A stretch of DNA of 31,755 nt from an uncultured Bacteroidales bacterium (GTDB lineage: Bacteria > Bacteroidota > Bacteroidia > Bacteroidales > GCA-2711565). Numbering within the stretch: position 1 is the first letter of the stretch; every line of letters starts with the position of its first letter. The notes beneath the pieces were generated by a model. The model was given only the letters and a program-made list of their open reading frames with translations, was not told where the DNA came from and did no database searches. The stretch is from positions 1 to 31,755 of the forward strand of contig CAYNTB010000001.1 in NCBI GenBank assembly GCA_964399905.1, read 5' to 3'. Position numbers and translations under genes: made by a program. Positions 1 to 8,657 of this stretch are shown here, one piece after another.

Positions 1-2
1 AG

Positions 3-95
3 GATGGTACGATCCCAATTCAGGCGAACCCTTCAGGCCTGCAGACGTCTATGCGGCAAACTTTTGGATCATTGGATATCTCTTACATTTTTTAG
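3..95 (+). CDS. 3' end (partial) of a probable outer-membrane beta-barrel protein, e.g. a TonB-dependent receptor
   Basis: Manual translation of frame 3 gives DGTIPIQANPSGLQTSMRQTFGSLDISYIF* (TAG at 93-95). The terminal Phe, Tyr at -3 and alternating hydrophobics match the beta-barrel C-terminal signal. Only 30 residues are visible. Confidence 0.45.
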   Translation, partial: DGTIPIQANPSGLQTSMRQTFGSLDISYIF

Positions 96-107
96 CAATT
101 TTTAATA

Positions 108-1133
108 ATGGATGTAATTTTTAAACCAAACCTAAAAACAATGAACATTGTATTTTTTAATAAATCAACCAAATTCCATAACAGCCAGTTTATAGGCTTA
201 TTGCTGATAATTTTGCTCATCCATGAAGTGCTGCCTGCTCAAAAATTATTTACCAGGGAAATTGGTATTCAAAGTGATAACGATACGTATGTGTCTTTAT
301 CAGAAGATAAATACTATACCAATGGATTGATGTTTTTCTACCGGTTTATCCCAAACCAATCAAAGCCAGATATCGAGAAAGTTGTGGTGGAATTTCGACT
401 TGGAAACAAAATGTACACACCTTCGAGTGCAAACAAACCCGACATTACGGATCATGACCGGCCTTTTGCCGGTTATTTATTTGCCAATGCCCAAATCAGT
501 AAATTTTATAAAAATGAGTCCATGTTCAGGCTCAGCGGGCAAGTTGGTATCTTAGGCCCTGCGAGTGGCGTTGGAGCGTTTCAGGAACTGATGCATAATT
601 TCATAGGATGGTACAGTGTTAAAGGATGGGAACATCAAATCAGCAACGCCCTCGGACTTAATATTTCCGGTATGTATTCGCTTAAATTAACGAATTATTT
701 GAGCAAACAGGCTGATATAAACCTTTATTCGCTGGCAAATTTAGGAACCTTCCAAACCAATTTCGCCATTGGTTTCTGGAACCGATTCAGCTTTATCCAA
801 CTCAATAAAGTTTATGAATCTAATTTGTTCGGGGCTTCTATTGTTAAGGACCGGAAAGTTAAATCTGATAGAAAAGGCGATCTTTTTTTCTTTTTTAAAC
901 CCCAATTGGAATACCATTTGTATGATGCAAGCATTCAGGGGGGGTTGTTTAATGATAAAAGCCCCCTGACTTTCGATATTGAGCCCTTTCAATTTACTTT
1001 TGAATTCGGGCTCATGTTTCAGTTTGAACGGGCAAATATCTGGTATTCAGTTACACTGCAAAGCAAAGATGTTAAAAATGATTTGGTTGAAAGATACGCA
1101 TGGGGTAGTTTAAAATTATCATGGATGCTTTAA
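108..1133 (+). CDS. Lipid A deacylase LpxR family (DUF2219) outer-membrane protein
   Basis: Signal-peptide-like hydrophobic stretch, then motifs NDTY...DKYYTNG and DRPFAG, and beta-strand-like C-terminus LKLSWML. The true start may be a downstream ATG (e.g. 141). Confidence 0.75.
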   Translation: MDVIFKPNLKTMNIVFFNKSTKFHNSQFIGLLLIILLIHEVLPAQKLFTREIGIQSDNDTYVSLSEDKYYTNGLMFFYRFIPNQSKPDIEKVVVEFRLGNKMYTPSSANKPDITDHDRPFAGYLFANAQISKFYKNESMFRLSGQVGILGPASGVGAFQELMHNFIGWYSVKGWEHQISNALGLNISGMYSLKLTNYLSKQADINLYSLANLGTFQTNFAIGFWNRFSFIQLNKVYESNLFGASIVKDRKVKSDRKGDLFFFFKPQLEYHLYDASIQGGLFNDKSPLTFDIEPFQFTFEFGLMFQFERANIWYSVTLQSKDVKNDLVERYAWGSLKLSWML

Positions 1134-1208
1134 AAAAACGGTTATCTGGTGATGCTTATTATTTTGAATAGTTTATTATAGAATTTTGTTTATAATTTAA
1201 TTTCCATC

Positions 1209-4200
1209 ATGAAAAAAATTTTAATCATTGATGATAACCAAAAAGACTTATTTTCCTATGAGGCAATCTTTAACAACAAAGAACTAGCTTACAAAGCATT
1301 AACAGCAGACACTGGTGCACTTGGACTTGAATTAGCCAGAAAAGAAAAGCCTGATGTTATTATTATCGATGTAAAACTGCCGGATATAGATGGTTTTAGT
1401 GTTTGTAAAAGATTAAAAAGTGACACTTCCTTAAATTTCATCCCTGTCATCATGATTTCAGCCTGGGGAGCACAGAAAGATAATCGGCTCAATTCATTAA
1501 AAGCGGGAGCTGAAATATTTCTGTCGAAACCTATAAATGTTGATGAACTGCTGGCCCAGGTTAATGTATTGATCCGAATTAAAACAGATGAAGATAAACT
1601 ACGGAAAGAGAGGAATAAATTTGAAAAGCTTGCCAATGATAAAACCAACGAACTTAAAGAACTTAATAATTATCTAAACCTTCAGATTAAAAAAATGCCT
1701 GTGGGCCTCATAACCTGGGATGTCGATTTTAAGGTGATTTCATGGAATCCGGCTGCAACCCAAATATTTGGATATGGAGCTAAAGAAGCTTTTGGCAAAA
1801 CACCATTTGAAACCATCCTGGCGCCCGAATTACAACAAACAGTATCTGAACTTTGGAAAAAACTGCTTAAGGGAGATAAAAGCATCCAAAACATTAATAA
1901 AAACCTAACAAAAAAAAGGAAAACAATTGTTTGCGAATGGACCAATACCCCACTCATTGACGAAGATAAAAAGGTTATCGGTGTAATGTCGATGGTAAAA
2001 GATATTACACCTGAATACTACCAGCAGCGTTTGGAAAAAGGAATGAACACACTCAATAAAGCCCTTTTATCAAAAACTGGGATGGAATTTCTTAAACAAT
2101 TTGTGATTCAACTTTGTAAAGTACTCGAAGCTGATATGGCTTATATTGGCTTGCTCGAAGACGATCAAAAAATGATCTCCAGTATTTCTGCCGCCCAAAA
2201 TGGAAACTTGTTGGAAAACTTCAATCATCCAATAAAAGAGACTGCCTGTGAAGAGGTTACCAAGGGCCAAATTTGTTCATTCCCCAAAAATATTACCAAA
2301 CTATTCCCCAATGACAAATTTGTTAAAGGCTTAAAAGCTGAAGCAGTTATTGGTTTGCCTTTATTCGACACCCAAAACAAAGTGATCGGTATTGTTTCAT
2401 CCGTTTTTAAGAATCCGAATAACGAAATAAACTATCATGAGCAACTCATTCAAATTTTCACCACGCGGATTGCAGCTGAAATTGAGAGAATAAGTTTTGA
2501 TCAAAAAATTCGTGAAAGTGAAAAACAATTTCGCGAAATGGTCGAGAAATTTCCATATCCGATGGCTCTGACAAAAGGCGATCAATTTATATACCTAAAC
2601 CAGAAGTATACGGAAACCTTTGGATATTCGCTTGATGACATTCGAACTTTTAACGATTGGTTCAAAAAAGCATATCCGGATGAAAAATACAGGGAACTGG
2701 TCAGAAGCAGTTGGAACGAAGCTGTTGAAATTGCCAGGATTAATCATGAAGAAATTAAAACTCAAGAGTGGAATTTGAGAACTTTGTCGGGCCAGATAAA
2801 AACATGTGAGTATAACACTGTTCCACTGGCTGACTCTTCTCTTATCGTTATGAATGACATTACCAAGCGCAAACGCAGCGAACTTATACAGACTGTATTG
2901 TATCAAATCTCAAACGCAGCAAACACAACCAATGATTTGGCAGAGTTTATTAAAGTCATTCGCGAAGATCTTGGAGCTGTTTTAGACACGACGAATTTTT
3001 TTGTTGCCTTTCATGATGAAGAAAAAGATATTTTATATACCCCTTATGAAGTTGATGAAAAAGATGAATTTACTTCCTGGCCCGCTGCAAAATCATTAAC
3101 CGGTTATGTCATTAAAAACAAAAAACCTCTGTTTGCCACCAAGCAAGATATCAAGCAGTTGCACAAAGAAGGCAAAATTAATTTGATTGGCACAATTGCA
3201 GAAGTATGGGTTGGAGTACCATTGATTTTGGAGGGGAAAGTATTGGGCGCATTCGTTGTTCAAAATTACGATGACCCCAACACATATAGCCGGAAAGATG
3301 TACAACTACTGGAATTCATTTCCCACCAAATCAGCATTTCCATCCAAAGAATTCAGAATAAGATTGAGCTTGGAAAGGCATTGGAAAAGGCACTTGAATC
3401 CGACCGGCTGAAGTCTGTCTTTTTATCTACCATGTCGCATGAATTAAGAACCCCATTAAATGCCATTATCGGATTTTCCGAACTGATTAATGCAAAAACA
3501 AAGCCTGAAGATATAGAACGCTTCGTTAAAACAATTTATAATAGTGGGAATTTGTTGCTTGAACTTGTTGAAGGCCTCTTCGACATTACACTTATTGAGG
3601 CTGGTGAAATTAAAATTGAAAAAGAATTTCATAACTTAAAACTCATCATTGATGATGTGGCGGATGTTATCGATGCCGAAAGAAAAAAAACAAACAAACA
3701 AAATATAAAATTTCATATCTCTGAATATCCTTTCAACAATGAGCTGCAAATTTATACAGACAGTTATAAATTAAAACAAATACTCCTTAACTTATTAAAA
3801 AATGCCCTGAAATTTACCCATGAAGGTGCAATCAGACTTGATCTTTCAAAGGAAACGATTGGGAAAGAAAGTTTTGTGAGGTTTGTGGTTCGGGATACAG
3901 GAATTGGAATCCCAAAAAATAAATTGAATTTTATTTTTGATATATTCAGACAGGCAGACGACTCCCATACCCGAAAATATGGGGGTGCAGGAATCGGTTT
4001 ATCGGTGACAAAAAAACTAACCGAACTCTTAGGTGGAAACATTGAAGTTAAATCAGTGGTAAATAAAGGAACAACATTCTATGTCAATATTCCGCTTACA
4101 GCAAATAATATCAAGCCTAAAAAAACACCCTTAAATAATCATAAAGTTGAAATTATTTATCCCAATAAAACCATACTTATTGCCGAAGATGATGATTCCA

Positions 4201-4523
4201 GCATGACATTGCTTAAAATTTACCTAAAAAAACTCGGTGTTAAAATTTTACACGCTACAAATGGGAAAGAAGCCCTCGAAGTATTTCGAAGCAAACCCGA
4301 TCAGATTGATCTGATATTAATGGACATCAATATGCCTTTAATGAATGGATATGAAGCAGTGACTGAAATTAAGAAGATCAATTCAGCCGTTCCCATCATT
4401 GCCCAGACCGCATATGCCATTTCAGGTGACCGAGAAAAAGCCTTACAGAATGGCTGTGATGATTATTTGTCAAAACCTATTAATAGTGATCAGTTGATAC
4501 ATATGATTAAGAAATTCCTATAA
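1209..4523 (+). CDS. Soluble hybrid sensor histidine kinase (REC-PAS-GAF-PAS-GAF-HisKA-HATPase-REC)
   Basis: N-terminal receiver (IIIDVKLPDIDG), PAS (WNPAATQIFGY), H-box MSHELRTPLN, N box NLLKNALKFT, G1 DTGIGI, G2 GAGIGL, C-terminal receiver (LMDINMPLMNG). No transmembrane segment is evident. Confidence 0.93.
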   Translation: MKKILIIDDNQKDLFSYEAIFNNKELAYKALTADTGALGLELARKEKPDVIIIDVKLPDIDGFSVCKRLKSDTSLNFIPVIMISAWGAQKDNRLNSLKAGAEIFLSKPINVDELLAQVNVLIRIKTDEDKLRKERNKFEKLANDKTNELKELNNYLNLQIKKMPVGLITWDVDFKVISWNPAATQIFGYGAKEAFGKTPFETILAPELQQTVSELWKKLLKGDKSIQNINKNLTKKRKTIVCEWTNTPLIDEDKKVIGVMSMVKDITPEYYQQRLEKGMNTLNKALLSKTGMEFLKQFVIQLCKVLEADMAYIGLLEDDQKMISSISAAQNGNLLENFNHPIKETACEEVTKGQICSFPKNITKLFPNDKFVKGLKAEAVIGLPLFDTQNKVIGIVSSVFKNPNNEINYHEQLIQIFTTRIAAEIERISFDQKIRESEKQFREMVEKFPYPMALTKGDQFIYLNQKYTETFGYSLDDIRTFNDWFKKAYPDEKYRELVRSSWNEAVEIARINHEEIKTQEWNLRTLSGQIKTCEYNTVPLADSSLIVMNDITKRKRSELIQTVLYQISNAANTTNDLAEFIKVIREDLGAVLDTTNFFVAFHDEEKDILYTPYEVDEKDEFTSWPAAKSLTGYVIKNKKPLFATKQDIKQLHKEGKINLIGTIAEVWVGVPLILEGKVLGAFVVQNYDDPNTYSRKDVQLLEFISHQISISIQRIQNKIELGKALEKALESDRLKSVFLSTMSHELRTPLNAIIGFSELINAKTKPEDIERFVKTIYNSGNLLLELVEGLFDITLIEAGEIKIEKEFHNLKLIIDDVADVIDAERKKTNKQNIKFHISEYPFNNELQIYTDSYKLKQILLNLLKNALKFTHEGAIRLDLSKETIGKESFVRFVVRDTGIGIPKNKLNFIFDIFRQADDSHTRKYGGAGIGLSVTKKLTELLGGNIEVKSVVNKGTTFYVNIPLTANNIKPKKTPLNNHKVEIIYPNKTILIAEDDDSSMTLLKIYLKKLGVKILHATNGKEALEVFRSKPDQIDLILMDINMPLMNGYEAVTEIKKINSAVPIIAQTAYAISGDREKALQNGCDDYLSKPINSDQLIHMIKKFL

Positions 4524-4594
4524 GAATCCATCATTGAAAGTAAATATCAAATATTGATACTTCTGGAATAAAAAGAGTCGAAAATATTTCACAA

Positions 4595-4619
4595 AAAACC
4601 CGGGTTCATCCCGGGTTTT
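4595..4619. terminator. Bidirectional intrinsic terminator between the convergent kinase gene and hyaC
   Basis: Perfect hairpin AAAACCCGGG-TTCAT-CCCGGGTTTT with A and T tracts on the two sides. Confidence 0.8.
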
Positions 4620-4625
4620 ATAATC

Positions 4626-5321
4626 TTAGTCGTTCTCTAAATCTTCTTTATTTACAAGCTTCCAACCTCCAATCATTGATGATGTCACCCCATTCCGTTC
4701 AATGTAATCATGGTATGCAACCAAATAAATATGTATGATTGCAAAAATGATGAAAAACCACATCAATACATGATGTATGTTACGGACAGCCAAATCTCCT
4801 CCAAGAATTGGAACAATCCATGCGAACAATTGTGGGAACCAGGAATCACTCATTGCGGCATACAGCCCAAATCCGGTCAGGCTTTGCAATAGGAATGCTA
4901 AAAATGTTAGGAAATAAGTAAAAGCTGCCAGTGAATTATGCCCGACTGAAACGGAAGACCCGTTTGTAACCTGCATAATATCAAGCTTTAAAACTTTCCA
5001 TATCTCAACCCAATGTTTCTTTTGAAATGGGATGAAATGATACCATCTTGAATATTTATTCCCCACAAAACCCCAATATATCCGAAACAAGAAATTGAAA
5101 AAGAAAAGGAAAGCTGCAATAAAATGAGTAAACCTGATGATCCCGAACCAATAACCAAAAGAAGCCTCTGCCGAACTTTGAATGGCAGGCGGATTTCCGA
5201 TTAAATATCCCGTAACTGACAGAACAACGATGCATAAGGCATTAATCCAATGGTAAAATCTCACCGGCAATTGCCATACATATTCTTCGGTAATTATTTG
5301 AGTTTTTGTCTGCTTTTTCAT
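4626..5321 (-). CDS. hyaC: [NiFe]-hydrogenase b-type cytochrome subunit
   Basis: VWQLPVRFYHW, RFTHF, GHNSLA, IHH and IHIY heme-His motifs, four hydrophobic helices, directly downstream of the large subunit. Confidence 0.93.
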   Translation of the reverse strand: MKKQTKTQIITEEYVWQLPVRFYHWINALCIVVLSVTGYLIGNPPAIQSSAEASFGYWFGIIRFTHFIAAFLFFFNFLFRIYWGFVGNKYSRWYHFIPFQKKHWVEIWKVLKLDIMQVTNGSSVSVGHNSLAAFTYFLTFLAFLLQSLTGFGLYAAMSDSWFPQLFAWIVPILGGDLAVRNIHHVLMWFFIIFAIIHIYLVAYHDYIERNGVTSSMIGGWKLVNKEDLEND

Positions 5322-5390
5322 TCGATAATGATTTTAATTTTGACTTAAGCCACAGTTTGATTTAAAACACGCAGTTTAATTTTAAAATGA

Positions 5391-7109
5391 TCAAAAAGTT
5401 TGAATCTGATGTACATATGTGCCTTTCTCATCATAAAGATGGACTGCACATGCAATACACGGGTCGAACGAATGTATGGTTCGCAGTATTTCTATCGGAT
5501 TTTCCGGATCATCTATGGGTGTGCCAATCAGAGATTCTTCATAAGCAGATCTCTTTCCTTCTATATCTCTTGGCGAAGCATTCCAGGTACTTGGCACAAC
5601 CAGTTGATAATTATCGATTAATTTATCCTTGATTTTTATCCAATGTGCCAGTGCGCCCCGGGGAGCTTCCGTTAAACCTACCCCTTTTGCATCTTTCGGC
5701 CATGTTTCGGGTTTCCATTTTTCAGATGAATGGGTCCGTGTATCCCCATTTTTTATGTTCGCAAGCAATTGATTATAAAACTCTTTCGACCAATTGGTTA
5801 CCAACTGTGTTTCCAGCCCCCTTGCAGCGGTCCTTCCCAGGGTCGAAAACAATGCAGATACAGGAACATTCAGATGTTCCAGGGCCGCATGAACGACATC
5901 CTGAAATTCCGTTTTACCTGAGGCATATCCAACCAACATTCGTGCAAGCGGACCCACTTCCATGGCGTGTCCTTTCCATCGCGGTGTTTTTAACCAACTA
6001 TATTTAGCATTCACATCCAAATGTTCATAGGGTGGTTTCGGACCGGAATACTTCAGGTTGGTTTCACCATCCCAGGGGTGTTTACCTACCTGATCTCCAT
6101 CGGAATAGGTATACCAGGAATGAGAAATCTGTTCCTGAATCTGATCCGGATCAGTGGCATCAATGGGAATAACCTCCGCTAAATTTCGATTCAGGATTAT
6201 TCCTCTCGGGAATTTGAAACTGTCAACATCTGCATAGCCATTTGTGGGTAAATCACCATATGCCATATAATTTGTTAATCCGCCTCCGATTGCTCCCCAG
6301 TCTTTATAAAATGAAGCAATGGCAAGTAAATCGGGGATATAAACCTGATTAATGAATTCCTGGGCTTTATCAAATAGATTACCAACAAAGGCAAGCCGTT
6401 CAGCATTCAGCGCATTATTTTCATCCAGGTTAATGGCGCACGGGACACCTCCCACCAAATAATTCGGATGCGGATTCTTTCCGCCAAAAATGGTATGAAC
6501 TTTTACGATTTCTTTCTGCCACTCAAGGGCTTCAAGATAATGCGCAACTGCCATTAGGTTTGCTTCCGGAGGAAGTTTGTATGCATTATGCCCCCAATAA
6601 CCATTTGCAAAAATCCCCAACTGTCCGCTTTCAACAAACTTCTGAATTCTGTATTGAATGTCGGAAAAATAACCGGGTGAACTTTTCGGCCATTTAGAAA
6701 TACTTTGTGCAAGGGTCGAAGTTGCTTTTGGATCAGCTTTTAATGCTGAAACAACATCAACCCAATCCAATGCATGTAAATGATAAAAATGAACCACATG
6801 ATCCTGCATATATTGGGCGCAAAACATCAGGTTCCGGATAATATCCGCATTGGGTGGAACTACTATACCCAGCGCATTCTCAACTGTTCGGACAGAAGCC
6901 AATGCATGAACCGTGGTACAAACGCCACATACCCTTTCGGTATATGCCCATGCATCACGGGGATCTCTTCCTTTTAGGATAATTTCAATTCCCCTTACCA
7001 TGGTTCCTGAGCTGAAAGCATCAACGATTTTACCATCTTTAATTTCTGCTTCAACCCTTAGGTGACCTTCTATGCGGGTAATTGGATCTACAACTATTCT
7101 TTGTGCCAT
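5391..7109 (-). CDS. hyaB: [NiFe]-hydrogenase large subunit, group 1d-like
   Basis: RIEGH, L1 ERVCGVC, GGKNPHPN, L2 DPCIACAVH followed by a cleavable C-terminal extension. No selenocysteine codon. Confidence 0.97.
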   Translation of the reverse strand: MAQRIVVDPITRIEGHLRVEAEIKDGKIVDAFSSGTMVRGIEIILKGRDPRDAWAYTERVCGVCTTVHALASVRTVENALGIVVPPNADIIRNLMFCAQYMQDHVVHFYHLHALDWVDVVSALKADPKATSTLAQSISKWPKSSPGYFSDIQYRIQKFVESGQLGIFANGYWGHNAYKLPPEANLMAVAHYLEALEWQKEIVKVHTIFGGKNPHPNYLVGGVPCAINLDENNALNAERLAFVGNLFDKAQEFINQVYIPDLLAIASFYKDWGAIGGGLTNYMAYGDLPTNGYADVDSFKFPRGIILNRNLAEVIPIDATDPDQIQEQISHSWYTYSDGDQVGKHPWDGETNLKYSGPKPPYEHLDVNAKYSWLKTPRWKGHAMEVGPLARMLVGYASGKTEFQDVVHAALEHLNVPVSALFSTLGRTAARGLETQLVTNWSKEFYNQLLANIKNGDTRTHSSEKWKPETWPKDAKGVGLTEAPRGALAHWIKIKDKLIDNYQLVVPSTWNASPRDIEGKRSAYEESLIGTPIDDPENPIEILRTIHSFDPCIACAVHLYDEKGTYVHQIQTF

Positions 7110-7123
7110 TGTTACCTCCGTTT

Positions 7124-8221
7124 TTATTTAGTTTGAGAATCAGTTTTTTTTAGTCCTTTTTGGATCAATTTGCGTTTGCGGATATTCGTTGAAATGGCAT
7201 GTGCGGCAATTCCAACACCCGTAACAACACCTAATCCAAGTCCAATTTTATCAGCTGTTGTTTCGATTCCAAATCCCGGGAAACTTTGTAAATGCTGGTA
7301 GAATGGGCCATTGTCCCAGAAATTTGCTTCGCTGCATCCAATACATGGATGGCCGGATTGAATCGGGAAACTTACGCCATTGTTCCATTTAATGACGCCA
7401 CAAGAATTATACGTATTCGGTCCCCGACAACCAACTTTATACAGGCAATAGCCTCTTTTTGCATTTTCATCATCAAAGCTTTCAACAAATAATCCGGCAT
7501 CGTAATTGGGCCTTCGATAACAGGTATCATGCACTCTTCTTGAATAAAATGCTTTTGGCCTTCCCAATGCATCCAATTGAGGTATTCGGTCGAATGTTAA
7601 CAGATGAATTACCACCCCGGCCATTACTTCAGCTATTGGCGGGCATCCCTGAACATTGATGATTGGTTTCCCTTTAATTACTTTATGAACCGGTTTGGCA
7701 CCAGTCGGATTTGGTGATGCTGCCTGAACACAACCGGCAGAGGCACAATTACCCCAGGCTACAATTGCCTTTGCCCCTTCTGCGGCTTCATTCAGAATCT
7801 CATAAGCACTTTTCCCACCGATACAGCAATATCCATCATCCACCGTTGGAATTGATCCTTCGACCATTAATAAATATTCACCATGATATTTCTCCATGGT
7901 ATCATGCAATGATTTCTCAGCCTGATGCCCTGATGCTGCCATCAATGTTTCTGTATAATCCAGCGATATTTTATCAAGTACAATATCGGCCACTATCGGA
8001 TGGGATGACCGGATAAATGATTCGCTGCAACAGGTACACTCCTGTAAATGAAGCCATACAACCGGAATTCTTGATTTACTTTCAAGGGCTTTTGCAATTT
8101 GCGCCACGCCAGTCGCCTGCAATCCCATCATGGCACCCATGGTACCACAGAACTTCAAGAAATCACGCCGTGAATGGCCTTTCGCCCTGATTTCTTCATA
8201 AAGAGTTGGTTTCTTGTTCAT
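7124..8221 (-). CDS. hyaA: [NiFe]-hydrogenase small subunit with Tat signal and six-cysteine proximal cluster motif
   Basis: Tat motif SRRDFLK, ECTCCSESF, WGNCASAGCVQAA, medial/distal cluster cysteines (GCPP, HDTCYRR, CLYKVGC, FPIQSGHPCIGC), C-terminal membrane anchor. Confidence 0.97.
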   Translation of the reverse strand: MNKKPTLYEEIRAKGHSRRDFLKFCGTMGAMMGLQATGVAQIAKALESKSRIPVVWLHLQECTCCSESFIRSSHPIVADIVLDKISLDYTETLMAASGHQAEKSLHDTMEKYHGEYLLMVEGSIPTVDDGYCCIGGKSAYEILNEAAEGAKAIVAWGNCASAGCVQAASPNPTGAKPVHKVIKGKPIINVQGCPPIAEVMAGVVIHLLTFDRIPQLDALGRPKAFYSRRVHDTCYRRPNYDAGLFVESFDDENAKRGYCLYKVGCRGPNTYNSCGVIKWNNGVSFPIQSGHPCIGCSEANFWDNGPFYQHLQSFPGFGIETTADKIGLGLGVVTGVGIAAHAISTNIRKRKLIQKGLKKTDSQTK

Positions 8222-8248
8222 AATGTGAATAATTTATGTTAGTAATCT

Positions 8249-8455
8249 TTATTCAAATTCCTGGTCAACCTTTGAAATATGGTAGGATCCTTCAATGGTA
8301 ACCTTATCTCCCAAATGTTAGTTGCTCGATAAATTTGTCGATAACATTAAATACTTAGGCCGGCAAACGATTTTAATGATGCACTTTGAATCTTTTGCTA
8401 ATATTTCCATCACTTCACCCGATAACGTAAATTGCTTGATGTGCTTTGAAGGCAT
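8249..8455 (-). pseudogene. Small (68-codon) OB-fold-like hypothetical gene interrupted by one in-frame TAA at 8318-8320
   Basis: Manual translation gives MPSKHIKQFTLSGEVMEILAKDSKCIIKIVCRPKYLMLSTNLSSN*HLGDKVTIEGSYHISKVDQEFE*. The frame stays protein-like after the stop. The gene lies between the promoter-like box and hyaA. Confidence 0.55.
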
Positions 8456-8480
8456 CGCTTTTATATTTCAAAACTTCATA

Positions 8481-8496
8481 TGGCAATATCATGCCA
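8481..8496 (-). promoter_or_regulatory. Sigma54 (-24/-12)-like element or palindromic operator TGGCA-N6-TGCCA
   Basis: The minus strand reads TTGGCATGATATTGCC. GG and TTGC match the sigma54 consensus but are separated by 9 rather than 10 nt. The element sits about 26 nt upstream of the small ORF's ATG. Confidence 0.5.
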
Positions 8497-8621
8497 AGAT
8501 TCAAAATTTTTCAATTCACACCTAAAAATGAATGAGCTAAATAATTGATAACATTTGATTTATCTCTGATTAATTATAGATAAATACATATATGATATTG
8601 TGATGCATATTTTAAAGTTGT

Positions 8622-8654
8622 ACAGAATTCCGTAAAAATTACACGGAATTCCGT
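8622..8654. promoter_or_regulatory. Tandem palindromic sites, candidate upstream activator sequences
   Basis: ACAGAATTCCGT (8622-8633, one mismatch) and the perfect palindrome ACGGAATTCCGT (8643-8654), 21 bp apart and about 130-160 bp upstream of the -24/-12-like box. Confidence 0.6.
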
Positions 8655-8657
8655 TAA

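Noticed and set aside
2-124. Alternative open frame 2 at the left edge (GWYDPNSG...GCNF*)
   Set aside because: Frame 3 ends in a convincing beta-barrel terminal motif and does not overlap the next gene. Frame 2 would overlap the ORF at 108.
3370-3395. Near-tandem TTGGAAA(A)GGCA repeat in the kinase gene
   Set aside because: It encodes the coiled-coil LGKALEKALE before the H-box, is in frame, and gives no sign of phase variation.
5391-7109. Possible [NiFeSe] hydrogenase or stop-codon recoding
   Set aside because: The C-terminal motif is DPCIAC with ordinary Cys codons and the ORF has no internal TGA.
8322-8525. 67-aa plus-strand ORF in the hyaA upstream region
   Set aside because: It is antisense to the better-supported interrupted minus-strand ORF and to the promoter elements, and has no recognisable features.
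8644-8653. CGGAATTCCG is identical to a classic synthetic EcoRI linker
   Set aside because: A cloning artefact is unlikely: the second copy is imperfect, the copies are helically phased, and the flanks are continuous with the regulator's stop codon and promoter geometry.
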